64,000 nucleotides of DNA from a virus. Below the pieces are notes generated by a model. It searched no databases. It was not told the origin of the DNA and saw only the letters and a program-made list of their open reading frames with translations. Shown here piece by piece: positions 29,401 through 36,875 of the stretch; the first letter of the stretch is position 1, and every line of letters starts with the position of its first letter. Location of the stretch: positions 36,172 through 100,171 of the IMG/VR virus record IMGVR_UViG_3300046779_001754; one strand, written 5' to 3'. A program made the translations under genes and the position numbers.

Positions 29401-31643
29401 ATTACTTTGGAACCGTTAACTAGTGTATATCCATCAATGATATAATTGTTAAGTACTCCGTTAACATCACTGAATGCATCTTTGATTGTAAAATCAATGA
29501 TGTTTATTGGTGTTTTGGCAGCACTACCAAAATTAAACAACTTTAAACCTGGATTAAATTCCAATATTGGACGACGTGCTCGAGCTGCAAGATCTAACAA
29601 TGGAACACTGTTGTTATAAGTTGCCGATGCTTCAAGAACCTGACGATGGAACCAGCGATTGCTGCGGCTCCAGGCATTGCGATCTGGACTTGCACGATTG
29701 ATAGTTATATAATCTGGAATTGCAGGAATGTTGTTGCTTACATCGTAGTTGCCAATATCATAGGGAGTGACATCAAACGCCACTGATGCTGATTCAGTGT
29801 AGGTTTCCGGTGTAACCATGTCAATCACCGGAACAAGAACAATGGCTTCGCCTACACCTTCAACAAAATACTCGTTGTTAGCATAGGTGGTGGGCAGAAC
29901 ATTGCCTCTAAATTGCACAATAAGCCCGTTGGTAAACACTACGTTGTTTGGACTTGTGTATTGCTTCTTACCTAAGATATCTTCAATGTAAAGTGTAGTA
30001 TCAACATTGGCATCAATTAAACGTATTTCCCCTACTAAAGTGGGATCTAATCCGTCTTGATAGTACAGTGTGTCAAGCACTGCTGTCAGCAACGGTATTT
30101 GTTCAAAGTAATGATTATCGCTGCGATACCATTGTGTACTTGACCATCGAGTTCCAAAAGTAATTTGAAACTTTTCAAAATCATTTACTTGATTCTTTAC
30201 TGACAGGGTCATGTACTCGCGACCATCACCGTCAGTTTGATACTGTATTTGCCAGATGCTGTAACGTTCGTTTAAACTTACAATAGCAGTTTCTAAATCA
30301 TAGGGTTCGGAGTTGTATGCGCCCAAGGGATCAACAACTTGATTGGGGCTGTAAAATGTAGTACGAAGCCAGCCACCGGCAATAGAAGTGTCAACGTCAA
30401 ATCCCTGTCCTTCTAGCGAAGTAATACTGAATGCTAGAGATCTTCCGTTTAGATCGGTTACCCCATCGATACCTTCGGGATATTTGGCAAAGAAGTCATC
30501 AAGGTAGACATTGTTAATTTCGTTGAATTTAATTTCACTTAACAGGTCAACACTGTCAATTGCAGTCAAGGTATAATAAAAATTTTGTGCAGTTTTCAAA
30601 GGCACATTAAAAGTCACAGTGCCTAGATCTTCGCCATTGTTGTTTACTCCCAGCACATCACGGCTTGAAATGTTTGGTGTAGTAGGCATATACCCGTCAA
30701 CACCAGGCTGCGCTTGAATAAAAAATCCTGGCCCTGTTCCTGGCTCACCGTCAACTACATTAAATGTGCCCTGCATCTGGCCTGATGTTTGGCTTGAATA
30801 GTACAGAGTGTCCGGAGCATCTTGTGGCACAGTAAATGTCAATGTGCCTTGATTGATTCCATTGTTGGTAACACCGTTGTTGTAGACGTTGACTGTGCCG
30901 GTGCTGGCAATTGTTTTAATCCAAAATGGGAAATTACCTTCAATGCTGAGAGTAAAGATGTAGGTGTTACCACGAATCAAAGTTATCGCAGGATTAACCT
31001 GGTAGTTGATAATATATGCTTTGTTGCCTTGATTGGTAACTCGTAGATTCAGCGTATTCTTTTTATTTTGTGCTACCTTGAACTGATAGGATCCACCACG
31101 TACCAATGTAAGAATTGGGTTTTGACCGTCGGTGCCGCTGAAACTATAGAATCCAGGGTTACGTGTGACATCAATGGTATTTTGTGCAGCAATGATTCCG
31201 CCGGTTACGCTGACACTCAATGGTCCTGTAGGCAACCAGTAGTATTCCGAAAAGTTCACCATTTTATCATAGTCGATAAACGGATCCCAAGCATAGTACT
31301 GATTGCTGTAAAGGCGATCGCTCTTGGTAGTGTCAGCTCCTTTGGTGCTCAATCCTGCAGTGATGCCTGGGTAGGTAATGGCGTCATCTACTGTGTCAGT
31401 GTCAGGCACTTTCATTACCACTGCTGGTTCAAGCTGATAGTTTGCTCGTTCAGCATCAGGCTCAACTACGTATTTGGCATCAGTAGGATTGATACCAGGG
31501 CCAATTCTACGGCCAACATAGCCTTGAGTTTGACGATACTTTGGCTCTTGTACTAGTTGATCTAGTGTGCTAGATAAAAATTGACGGTTGGTTGAGGTTT
31601 GAAAAATCTCAGGTAAAAAGTCAACGGTTCTTACTCGTGCCAT
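17406..31643 (-). CDS. Giant (4745 aa) baseplate wedge/receptor-binding structural protein
   Basis: Directly coupled to the gp6-like gene. Contains FG-GAP-like repeats (FGxSVA...VGAP), GSGYTSVPTV-type repeats and a VKPYHVQIR motif. Confidence 0.7.
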   Translation of the reverse strand: MARVRTVDFLPEIFQTSTNRQFLSSTLDQLVQEPKYRQTQGYVGRRIGPGINPTDAKYVVEPDAERANYQLEPAVVMKVPDTDTVDDAITYPGITAGLSTKGADTTKSDRLYSNQYYAWDPFIDYDKMVNFSEYYWLPTGPLSVSVTGGIIAAQNTIDVTRNPGFYSFSGTDGQNPILTLVRGGSYQFKVAQNKKNTLNLRVTNQGNKAYIINYQVNPAITLIRGNTYIFTLSIEGNFPFWIKTIASTGTVNVYNNGVTNNGINQGTLTFTVPQDAPDTLYYSSQTSGQMQGTFNVVDGEPGTGPGFFIQAQPGVDGYMPTTPNISSRDVLGVNNNGEDLGTVTFNVPLKTAQNFYYTLTAIDSVDLLSEIKFNEINNVYLDDFFAKYPEGIDGVTDLNGRSLAFSITSLEGQGFDVDTSIAGGWLRTTFYSPNQVVDPLGAYNSEPYDLETAIVSLNERYSIWQIQYQTDGDGREYMTLSVKNQVNDFEKFQITFGTRWSSTQWYRSDNHYFEQIPLLTAVLDTLYYQDGLDPTLVGEIRLIDANVDTTLYIEDILGKKQYTSPNNVVFTNGLIVQFRGNVLPTTYANNEYFVEGVGEAIVLVPVIDMVTPETYTESASVAFDVTPYDIGNYDVSNNIPAIPDYITINRASPDRNAWSRSNRWFHRQVLEASATYNNSVPLLDLAARARRPILEFNPGLKLFNFGSAAKTPINIIDFTIKDAFSDVNGVLNNYIIDGYTLVNGSKVIFAADEDPAVRNKIYEVQLITPDTIAPLIQEPIINLVEVSNGTAAYNDAVVCMNGVTRQGQSFWFDGFTWQLAQQKSTVNQPPLFDIFVDDASLADPVKYPSSTFAGSKLFSYAINSAGVTDPVLGFALKYLTLTNVGDIVFDNNFYTDTFIYVDNRVSTTRDVSIGFVRQYADRTTFKRKLGWTTAPYKSKIYQQFQFTYNDEPLLLDVRVDDQIVDPAVPTTYPVLKVYVGSKFQDPGTYDYTRTENTTTVNLISGTYVAGDTVIVLALSEQPSAVAFYQIPSNLENNALNQNPSAVTLGTVRTHYESICQNLLNLTGIINGSNNSRDLGYIAPYGLNILQQSSPMTLLGYFLRDTNYEFFSSLEYNSSEYIKFKYQLLDIVALRDWGNLTVPQIFTEAISILTAGRTESSPFYWSDMLPARTVYTENTYTHTPISTNTFNTVRVYDFNSSNYYGLLVYVNNRLLVKDYEYTVATDAAIITITIPLNVGDVIAIQEFDTTVGNYVPNTPTKMGLYPSFRPEVYVDETYIEPTTVIRGHDGSITVAFNDIRDDILLEFETRIYDNLKVHSEIPIKVTDIIPGQFRTTEYSLAEVNGILSADFLTWVATNKIDYAAQEYIASNPYTYNYSQSSNKLTGQPLLGAWRGIYNYFYDTYNPAQAPWEMLGFTAQPDWWESRYGLPPYTSGNMVLWDDLSLGRVADPAGAYILPEYARPELTQVLPVDAHGNLVSPLDSVVGLYSPSTFQRSWKFGDDGPVENAWRTSSSYPFAIMRLMALTRPAEFFSLFVDRDLYKYDAELDQYLYNGRYRVDANNIQIYGQGQSKASFINWIVDYNTYLGNTQTPTVLAANLKTIGVQLAYRMASFSDKKYIKMYIEKPSPNSVNTSLLLPDDGYDLFLYKNQPFSEILYSSIIVQKVNDGYSVFGYGVQRPYFEILISQPAGLKETIYAGGKSATVPITYTNDIVQVPYGYVFSNETAVCDFIISYGQLLARRGMVFDDVENGMILSWRQMAQEFLYWSAQGWGSGSIVNLNPTARTLMVTRPDAVVDSIVDRGAATIIQDQNRRRIYVQDLVVDRFDNSFKIVSQNEQTINSIDLKFTAYEHIIVFKNVSVFGDLIYDPITAARQGRLLMIAATTDDWNGQLDAQGFILNQNNIEEWSPNVKYTRGQIVLFKNVYYSAADIVQPKAEFDFNDWLISDYNKIQKGLLPNIANKANQIRQSYDIITANLERDQDLLSYGLIGFRPREYMTALNLSDASQVNVYQQFLGTKGTKYSIDLFGNANFENVAADYVVYENWAVLKGTYGAQANRSFFDVRLNQALLTSNPSTVQVIVPFEFSQADQTVLIDDLWRESYKITTPNILPTIDPHEITDVNLPSAGYVNLNDVDVTVFDINDGANINANLGAIGVGTYIWIAKINDYDWGVFRCNHIPGYIAEVADNLDGTSIVTFSTQHKLEVNDTIIIKFFDAAINGVYKVITVPSINTITIAYQFVGQAVTNIVGQGVGLILQSSRVSQASDAKNLPFIDNLNVGSLLWIDKNSDGQWIVLEKTEPWVFNQFLLPTRTANAYWTESIAQTNNNTIVLAAAPYISTGIIYQYALNSLGLFAEGSTLSLNASAVSGYGLSLAIGKNTYGAVGAPTSFGSVGYTAILTYNGELQAFENTQLLIALDQPGPADFGRSVAMSSDERWLYVGAPGSNAVYAYGQVPVPTQVITYSTDGQTLRYSTAGIQYDSIDQLDVYIENRPQRLGVDYTATLSYIQFTALTGPNQTIYINRRQLVQLDFYQYLDVPPGHVTGVGESAKFNIDVTRGVYSATIANPGFNFSVGEVITIYGAQIGGSTPTDNCYITVDDTTFAGGITEFSVSGSRPSIQDRFPIQQYLYTAQNINSFTVTVNGTIQRPKIDYEWEESDSSLPDSTLGDYDLVFVNSPPAGAEIFAAAGTYYAYAGKLSVSGLAQNAKFGFSVATNADGSEVIVGCPYEQVDGTSRAGTAYTFNRNIQKFTVTSDLILNPTFTVNGSLQFPPSVMVNNQYLYNTAQWGTSIPNTFTVNYVGNPWTASSITINQPLTLGEIVTIETNIFAQTDKIIPSTASENGFFGNAVSYGLFDCAAIVGAPGAQVTNPQQGIVDIAVDQARLYGTISSTLHPSSFTAGCTININGYEVAVPVSPNNTPSGLVDAINSAGIPNVIAASSASTGLITIDLINKQAATPYQKLFVKPGAIGTGANSVYDLLGFEPYQSIETLISPYNTDGAQFGSSITTKGLELIIGAPYGTPHVIDTFDAGDTTFDAGSTGFYDDIPRSGVVYQYDYLPASNESSINPGAYVYGEQIYYSAAQSNYLFGKSVNYTGTSLIVGAPGTPFDTSVNNNGSLSVFWNYNDSPAWAIKHFEEPAVNIYALNSVTLYDRLQSAKTTFLDFFDPLQGKILGAARQNIDYITTYDPAGYNNGSINNQGNSWGASRVGQMWWDTTTVRFVEPGQDDIVYASRRWGQVFPGSSVDIYQWIESNVPPANYTGPGTPYSIVSYSVGSSINASGAFITSYYFWVRGITTVNTAANKTLSAESVGRYIESPIASGIPFMAPITSSCFAIYNCESFLSAYDTIVHIEFDRQINDDNIHTEFQLLAQGRAGSFLTPTLYRKLQDSFCGVDTQGSPVPDPNLSPAERYGVQFRPRQSMFTNRFTALENYITRTNNIISLYPIAESRTLTLLNSEDPIPAPAGNYNEVVANLEELSWQNIVIVPVGYKYLVLSDSNNNGRWTIYEVQANTLGIHILVLIKVQSYVTKEYWTYIDWYSPGFNRTTAPSVQVASYAELITLVVPVGTVGRVISNSQGKWELYQLDSTGWQRVGLQDGTIQISSGIWNYAAGKLGFDGEVFDAQYFDQTPQIETRKIIQSINEELLIDDLLIERNTLMTLMFNYILTEQLAPQWLLKTSLIDVEHTIRELLPYPIYRRDNQDFVLDYLNEVKPYHVQIREFNLKYNGFDDFAGDISDFDVPAYYDAELSPPQYVSPILATTITEPSDRLSNNIIWQTTPWNQWYQNYTLFVEQIVVTSGGSGYTSVPTVNIIGDAARTATAVARIDSAGTVIEVVVIDAGAGYITTPTVTITGGNGTGARATIYMTNGLVRSITTTIKFDRCEYNTNIVEWEPNITFDNGQLVRFGDKIWAANSPDSTGVNTPTFDPIDWVLVPIGDLSGVDRTMGYYVAGVNQPGRELPLLIDGVDYPGVQVAGVPFEYDTGYDHGPFDVTPWDNIEFGAEGRPTYSDTILNAQYESSFLDVYLGTRASDVIVDGGAFVDTYSSHAPQELVPGQEFDTLDMRVYTRPGSDWSGFGFGFTILQLRAEWNPLNPVIDWSNIGRPLHYLEIYPSAVEVSNATQARDLIPDIDFTVDWVNRTVLVYNNVAPNDIIVITVYQVGGGNQLLQANYNGADIGLEVEIDVAYAEIYELVMFVNGELLQAGTDYTYVQGISPATTIIRFNVILTSNDALTLTAMGFETPQHSWSLPVTQYIVVPPVTGFSAQLTYTLDNSMMGSNIDNAWVEVNGRTLRPSQGILWSGDGSSAEFLMPERGGFSQGLIADNEVHVYVNDVAQVLGSDFVVVPWDGFSPRTILLSYVPAVNDNVLVCVNTRADYVIAFNGTDYDITFRPSLSFGLQPGDIIAVTTWNDTSEQNIVQRVWVGPVSVGGVDFEAYDEFPFDFGSVPSAPGSYDYSEGITISYNDFDLYRGNQNPYRMIVTWNGRRLFNGLHYTILESNYTSYISLNFTIGPLDVVVATLFTGSVVPPAMAFRIFQDMRGVQATYRILPTTTTRLREFLAYDDDIVQVANALACGEPNLSQNAWGVVTIGGERIMYRYRDIENNTLSGLLRGTAGTAAADHQVNDEVISMGRESILEQGYEDTFVHTNTVANGSNVVFEAPNVNITDIDSTEYTEALRVLIGGIPVPPTQYILNSPNPVRITFYEPPKQGVIVTIGVLRSLSWYDPGPNTPSDGIPLQEQINPAAFFLRGVV

Positions 31644-34600
31644 TAAATTACTCCGCTACCAGGCGCTGTTCTAATATTAGTGCTTGTCAAGGCGTCAATT
31701 ACTTCAATGTTAGCAACTGTTGCGGCATTGACAAAAATTTCATTGGGTGCTGATCTAATTTCATATAGATCACCAAAGCTCTTTTGTGGATTGACTGGAA
31801 CCAATACCACTGAACTCACTATGGTACCAATTTGTGCATGAATATATGCAGCGAGTTCAGAAAAATAGAATGTGTCTCCAAAGTTCCATTTGTCTATAGT
31901 AAAATAAGTGTTAAGATTTGCCACAACAAGATTCTTGATTTCACTGACACTGGCTGTGCTGTTGGCTGCTTTGATTACTTTGATTGTGGCTCGTAATTCA
32001 GATGCGGCCTTGGCTCCAAACAATGGTTTAAATGTCACAGAATTCAATACAAGGTTATCAGAAATCATTTTATAATCTTGTAACTTTTGAAACTCTGTGG
32101 TCAATTCTTCAATTGTAGGCACGTCGGGTTCAACTACCGATCCTGTGGAATCTTTGATCCAGTTTTGATATGCGGTGTAATAGCTTTGTGTGACCACATA
32201 TACATCAACAATATTGGTAATTGATGGATCAATACGATTGGTCAACAGGCTATTGTGACGATATTGATAGTACAAGTCTTGGCGCCCGGTTCTGGCCAAG
32301 AACCCCGAAGCCGAGGTCAATGTACGTGTGCCGTCAGTGCCAATGACTAGTGTATAAAATGCTTGATCTTGATAGGCATAGAAAACTTGTCCATCAAGAT
32401 ATTGACTCTTGGCCACTTCAAGGTCTGACAGAGTTGGGTATTGATACACTACATATCCTTGTTCAGTCAACAGGTAACGCTGTAAATTATCAAAATCCAC
32501 TGTGGCTTCTAAAAATACCAAAGGACCGCTTTGGCCTGAGGTGGGGTCTGGACCAACAATGGCTGTAAAGAAATCCGGATCGTCGGCTGATCCGTCTTGG
32601 TCTGAGTCTTGAAAACTTACAATCACTTGAAAGTCGTCAACGTAACCATCGCTCTGAACAGGCTGTGCAATAATTTGCATGGTTACATCGCCATTTAATG
32701 GACTATTACTATTGGGCTGGCTATTGGTTTTTAGTACACGAATAAAATCTTTGATCACTGACCCAATTCGTGAATCATAAATTGCAACGTTTTCTTCAAA
32801 GAAGAAACGAGTCTGTAGCACTGATGCAAAGAAATAAGTTAATTCTCGAGAAGTAACAGAATATTGTGTGCCATCGGTGATGAACTTAACTAGCCAACTT
32901 GCATCACTGTAAACACCTGCAGTGCTCTGTTGGTTGGTCAAACTAAAAGGAGCATCAGCTGCAAGATTAGTCTGACTAATAATGTACCATGTTGAAGTTA
33001 GGTTGTTATATCCCAGTCCAAAATTACGATACAATCTAATCAATTCAATTATCTGTGTGATAATTGTACTGGGCAAGTCTGTAACAAACAGTGGAATGAC
33101 CTGTGTTGGAATAGCTCCTGTGGGCACATAGTTATTGAGACTAATTGGTCCTGACCCGTCGTCAAGATTACCTTTGCCTTGATTAGTACCATCAAGCACA
33201 ACATTTGTAACGGTAGCCCAGATATAAGTTTTGTCAGTGTCAGCTGTGGGGATACCTGCCACTAAGTGATTGTACTGATTAAAATAGTATCCGTCGGGCG
33301 GAACAAATTTTACTAGAGCATTTTTTACAATATACTTGCTGTTGTTGTTGCTAAATGATCCCACTGGTTCAGGATAACCATTGGAGTCTGCTCTAAAATA
33401 TCCAGTACATAGGTTAGTCAACGCTGTACTTTGTTGCCAGTAAATGTTGAGAACACTTAGACTTGGACGTACAAAATTTGCATAATAAAATTGCAACATG
33501 CCTGGACGAGTCAGTGCTGGCTGTACTTTGTTTGCTACGTTGTCTGAAATATCGTTGGTCGTAAACCATGAAAATTGGAATGTGGGCAAGGTATTGTCTT
33601 TGAATAACCCACCATCACTACCAAAAATATTAGTTGATGCATACTTGTTAGTGTTGTCAACTAGTTCAAGATAACGGCTTGTGCCAATTGCACTACGTGC
33701 AATTGCCTTGGATTTAATAATTGAATTGTAGAGTGTATAAGGAAAGATATTGTAATCTTCGCCATTGACCATACGATTCTGTGTATAGTAACGAGCAGGA
33801 GCACGTTGTTTGATTTCATCTAAAGCTTCGCGACTCTGAGCATTGCTCACAGGTGTTTGTAGGCTCACTGTGAATGTCAGAGTTTCAATTCTTCCAGTAC
33901 GGCTAACATAACTCACAGGCAATGTAATACTTTGCATTTCATCAGGATTAATGATGTACTCTAATCCGTTTGAGGCACGCACATAAGCGCGGAAGAAGCC
34001 CACTGGTATTGCCGAAAACACGCCATCACCAAATGTCAATGAAATTTGATCATTTGTACGGCTCTGTGTAGAATAAATTTTACGTAGGCCCGAAGCTGAA
34101 GTATCAGGTGCAGCAGTATAAACTGACTCAGTGTATAACCATTCGGATTGAATACTGCCAATGTCATCAAGTTGAAATAACCAGCGATCCTCGTTATTGA
34201 TACCATCAATGTTGATAGCAACCACACGATTGCTTACACGCTCAGCTAGATTAAAATCCAAAGATTGCAGTGTGCCCTGTTTGAAATAAAAGAAATAGCC
34301 AGTGTCGTTGGAGGCGAATCCCAACTGGTCATTGCGATAAAGAATATTAAATGCACCATTGGGCTTTGGGGCAGGTTCGTACAAGTACGACTTGCCTGCT
34401 GATGTCACTGTCACTGCTTCAAAAGGCATGTTAACACCATCAACAGTGGCAGTGTAAGGAATCACAGGCAAATAACCTTGCACTAGATTCAGTGTGTATT
34501 CGTCGGTTTTAACACCAATAATGTCAGCAGTTGATCCTGGGTTGCCATAACGTTGCGAATTTACTAGCGCGGCATTGATAACCGTGGTAAACTGCTCAAA

Positions 34601-35056
34601 CCAATCAGGATTTGTGGGGTCATTCCAGTTGATAGTGATATTGCTGAGATTGACACCGTTGTAATCGGTAATGTTTTCAGTTGTTGACACTGATGTAACT
34701 TTGATAAGTCCCTGTGCTGCGGTGTTACGCTTGGCAGTATAGCTAACAAGATTTGCTAGTTGATTTACGCTGTCCCGACGTTCGGCAGTGTCAATATAAT
34801 TTTCACGAGCATTTAGGTCACTGCGGAAAGCCAAACTTTGACCCATAAATGCAATGACGTCAAGTAGAGCAATAAACTCTGAGCTTTCAATATAATCGTT
34901 AAAAGTTTCAGGATAGTATAAGCGCAAATAATCTACAAAACTCTTGCGTAGAGTTTCAAAATCGTAGCTTTGGAAATCGGCTTCGCGATAGGTTTGATAG
35001 ATCTGTTTCCAGTCCTCAACACCAAAAATAACTGTTTGTCTGGTAGTTTTAGCCAT
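31643..35056 (-). CDS. Baseplate wedge subunit, T4 gp6-like
   Basis: YDFETLRKS...FNDYIESS, ENYIDTAERRDSV, TFGDGVF, QNRMVNGEDY. Confidence 0.85.
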   Translation of the reverse strand: MAKTTRQTVIFGVEDWKQIYQTYREADFQSYDFETLRKSFVDYLRLYYPETFNDYIESSEFIALLDVIAFMGQSLAFRSDLNARENYIDTAERRDSVNQLANLVSYTAKRNTAAQGLIKVTSVSTTENITDYNGVNLSNITINWNDPTNPDWFEQFTTVINAALVNSQRYGNPGSTADIIGVKTDEYTLNLVQGYLPVIPYTATVDGVNMPFEAVTVTSAGKSYLYEPAPKPNGAFNILYRNDQLGFASNDTGYFFYFKQGTLQSLDFNLAERVSNRVVAINIDGINNEDRWLFQLDDIGSIQSEWLYTESVYTAAPDTSASGLRKIYSTQSRTNDQISLTFGDGVFSAIPVGFFRAYVRASNGLEYIINPDEMQSITLPVSYVSRTGRIETLTFTVSLQTPVSNAQSREALDEIKQRAPARYYTQNRMVNGEDYNIFPYTLYNSIIKSKAIARSAIGTSRYLELVDNTNKYASTNIFGSDGGLFKDNTLPTFQFSWFTTNDISDNVANKVQPALTRPGMLQFYYANFVRPSLSVLNIYWQQSTALTNLCTGYFRADSNGYPEPVGSFSNNNSKYIVKNALVKFVPPDGYYFNQYNHLVAGIPTADTDKTYIWATVTNVVLDGTNQGKGNLDDGSGPISLNNYVPTGAIPTQVIPLFVTDLPSTIITQIIELIRLYRNFGLGYNNLTSTWYIISQTNLAADAPFSLTNQQSTAGVYSDASWLVKFITDGTQYSVTSRELTYFFASVLQTRFFFEENVAIYDSRIGSVIKDFIRVLKTNSQPNSNSPLNGDVTMQIIAQPVQSDGYVDDFQVIVSFQDSDQDGSADDPDFFTAIVGPDPTSGQSGPLVFLEATVDFDNLQRYLLTEQGYVVYQYPTLSDLEVAKSQYLDGQVFYAYQDQAFYTLVIGTDGTRTLTSASGFLARTGRQDLYYQYRHNSLLTNRIDPSITNIVDVYVVTQSYYTAYQNWIKDSTGSVVEPDVPTIEELTTEFQKLQDYKMISDNLVLNSVTFKPLFGAKAASELRATIKVIKAANSTASVSEIKNLVVANLNTYFTIDKWNFGDTFYFSELAAYIHAQIGTIVSSVVLVPVNPQKSFGDLYEIRSAPNEIFVNAATVANIEVIDALTSTNIRTAPGSGVI

Positions 35057-35099
35057 AGTAGTATATTATTCTGTATTTATGGCTTGAAAAACCACGCAG

Positions 35100-35474
35100 T
35101 TATATGTAACTGGCGCGGCGAGTTTCTTGGTCAAAGAAAATAGACAGTCGTTCGGCAGTGGTGCTGGGCACTATTTGTATCTGCAGTTCAATTAAAATTC
35201 CATTTTCCTGGGGGTAATTGTAGATATTGTATATCTGTAGTCTAGGATCGCCACCGGCTACACGTTGTATTTCGTCACGTATAGCGGTTTCTGTTTCCAT
35301 GGTCTGGGGCTCAAACAAAAAGTCCCATAATGCTGTGCCATAGTCTGGGCGGCCTACTAGCTCACCTTGGCGAATGTTGAATGCATTGAGTAGGTCACGC
35401 TTGATTAATTCATAATCAAGCAGCGTGAACTTTTTATATTGATTAATAGTATTAAATCCAATAAATGTAGGCAT
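35100..35474 (-). CDS. Baseplate wedge subunit, gp25/GPW-like
   Basis: GELVGRPDYGTALWDFLFEP and DPRL motifs. Confidence 0.88.
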   Translation of the reverse strand: MPTFIGFNTINQYKKFTLLDYELIKRDLLNAFNIRQGELVGRPDYGTALWDFLFEPQTMETETAIRDEIQRVAGGDPRLQIYNIYNYPQENGILIELQIQIVPSTTAERLSIFFDQETRRASYI

Positions 35475-35478
35475 AATT

Positions 35479-36873
35479 TTAATAGTAGAGTAGAGCAGGA
35501 TACTTCTGAGCCAGTGCGCTCAGTGTGTCGGTGACTGCTCTACGTTTATTTAAGTCTGCTTCCCACTTGTCTCTAGCAGCTATTACCTGTGGATCGTTGG
35601 GTCCATAGATGCTTCTTAGATTATTGTATTCTTGATCATCTAAGTCAAGTTGTCTGCCTAGTGTTGCTTTTTCTTCTGTGAGTCGTTTAAATTCAGCTCG
35701 ATCAGCAGCTGAAGGTTCATCAAGAACCCCGGTGCTAACCACAGACGGGGTGGTTGTGTCTGAAGTCGAAGTAGATGCTTGTCCGTATTCTATTGGTGGA
35801 ACTTTAGCAGTACCAATAAATGCAGTGATACTTTGGTTTAGAACTTTTCTGTTGACTGTGTTCTTTGCACCAGTAGCTACAATTTCGCCAGCTGCACCTT
35901 CGGGAATTTTTTGATCGGAAAAATTAACTGCAAATTGTCCTTGTTTGGCTAGATTATCAAGTTGATTGACCATGTCAGCCGGAGCAGCACCCTTGCTCCA
36001 TAGAGATGTCGCAGCAGCTCCAAATTTACTTGATGCTTGAACTAGGCTACCCACTGTGGCCGATGGTGCTCCTGTGGGAATTACGCCGGCTTTGGTCAAC
36101 GAGTCAAACCCTTTTTTCATTAGACCTACTTGAACCGAAGCTTGCGAATTCACATCGCTTAATAGGCTGTTTAAGTTGTTTAATCCATTTTTTCCAGTCC
36201 ACACTGTGCCGGTCTGTAAAAGATCTTTTATCTGACGATTATTAGCAATTTGTTGCGCTGTGACTGCGGTACCTTCAGCTGAAATACGCTGTGCTTCGGC
36301 TAAATCAGCAGCAGTTACTACAGCATTTTTTCCATATTGAGACAATGTTCCGGGTTTTAAGAATCCAGAAGATTCCAATTGCGCGGGATTAATTCCAAAT
36401 TTGCCTATGCCCTGTGTTAGACTAAATGCAGTTGATGGTTGATTTGCAGTGGAAGCAGCCTGTGCCATTAGTCCTTGTACTTGTGTAGTACTGAGGGCAC
36501 CAATCTTTTGTGCTGCTCCAACACCCACCTTGACAAAATCTGCAACATTCATTGGTTTGTTAACTGCAATACCAGTGAGTTTACTCACTGCTGATGTTAT
36601 GCCGCCAGCGACTTTTCCAGCTAAGTTGGTTATTTGACTAGTGGCAGATTTTAAACCATTGGCCAATTGAGTAGCTGCATTTAAAGTTTGTCCTGATTGT
36701 AATCCTGTGAGACTTCCAGTGTTGAGTTGTTGTTCAAAAACTGCACGGGCTTGTGCTTCGGTTGTGCCTGCTGGTGCTTGTACTGTAAATGCCTCGCCAC
36801 CAAAATTAAAGGTAAACTTAGTTCCGGAGTTGTTTTGATTATTAGTAGCTGTATATGAATTTAACGATGGCAT
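35479..36873 (-). CDS. Hypothetical baseplate-associated protein
   Basis: 464-aa ORF between the gp5-like and gp25-like genes. Confidence 0.55.
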   Translation of the reverse strand: MPSLNSYTATNNQNNSGTKFTFNFGGEAFTVQAPAGTTEAQARAVFEQQLNTGSLTGLQSGQTLNAATQLANGLKSATSQITNLAGKVAGGITSAVSKLTGIAVNKPMNVADFVKVGVGAAQKIGALSTTQVQGLMAQAASTANQPSTAFSLTQGIGKFGINPAQLESSGFLKPGTLSQYGKNAVVTAADLAEAQRISAEGTAVTAQQIANNRQIKDLLQTGTVWTGKNGLNNLNSLLSDVNSQASVQVGLMKKGFDSLTKAGVIPTGAPSATVGSLVQASSKFGAAATSLWSKGAAPADMVNQLDNLAKQGQFAVNFSDQKIPEGAAGEIVATGAKNTVNRKVLNQSITAFIGTAKVPPIEYGQASTSTSDTTTPSVVSTGVLDEPSAADRAEFKRLTEEKATLGRQLDLDDQEYNNLRSIYGPNDPQVIAARDKWEADLNKRRAVTDTLSALAQKYPALLYY

Positions 36874-36875
36874 AG

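Noticed and set aside
14197-31643. Diversity-generating retroelement or invertible tail-fibre cassette
   Set aside because: No reverse transcriptase or recombinase in the window, and I noticed no near-identical nucleotide repeat pairs.
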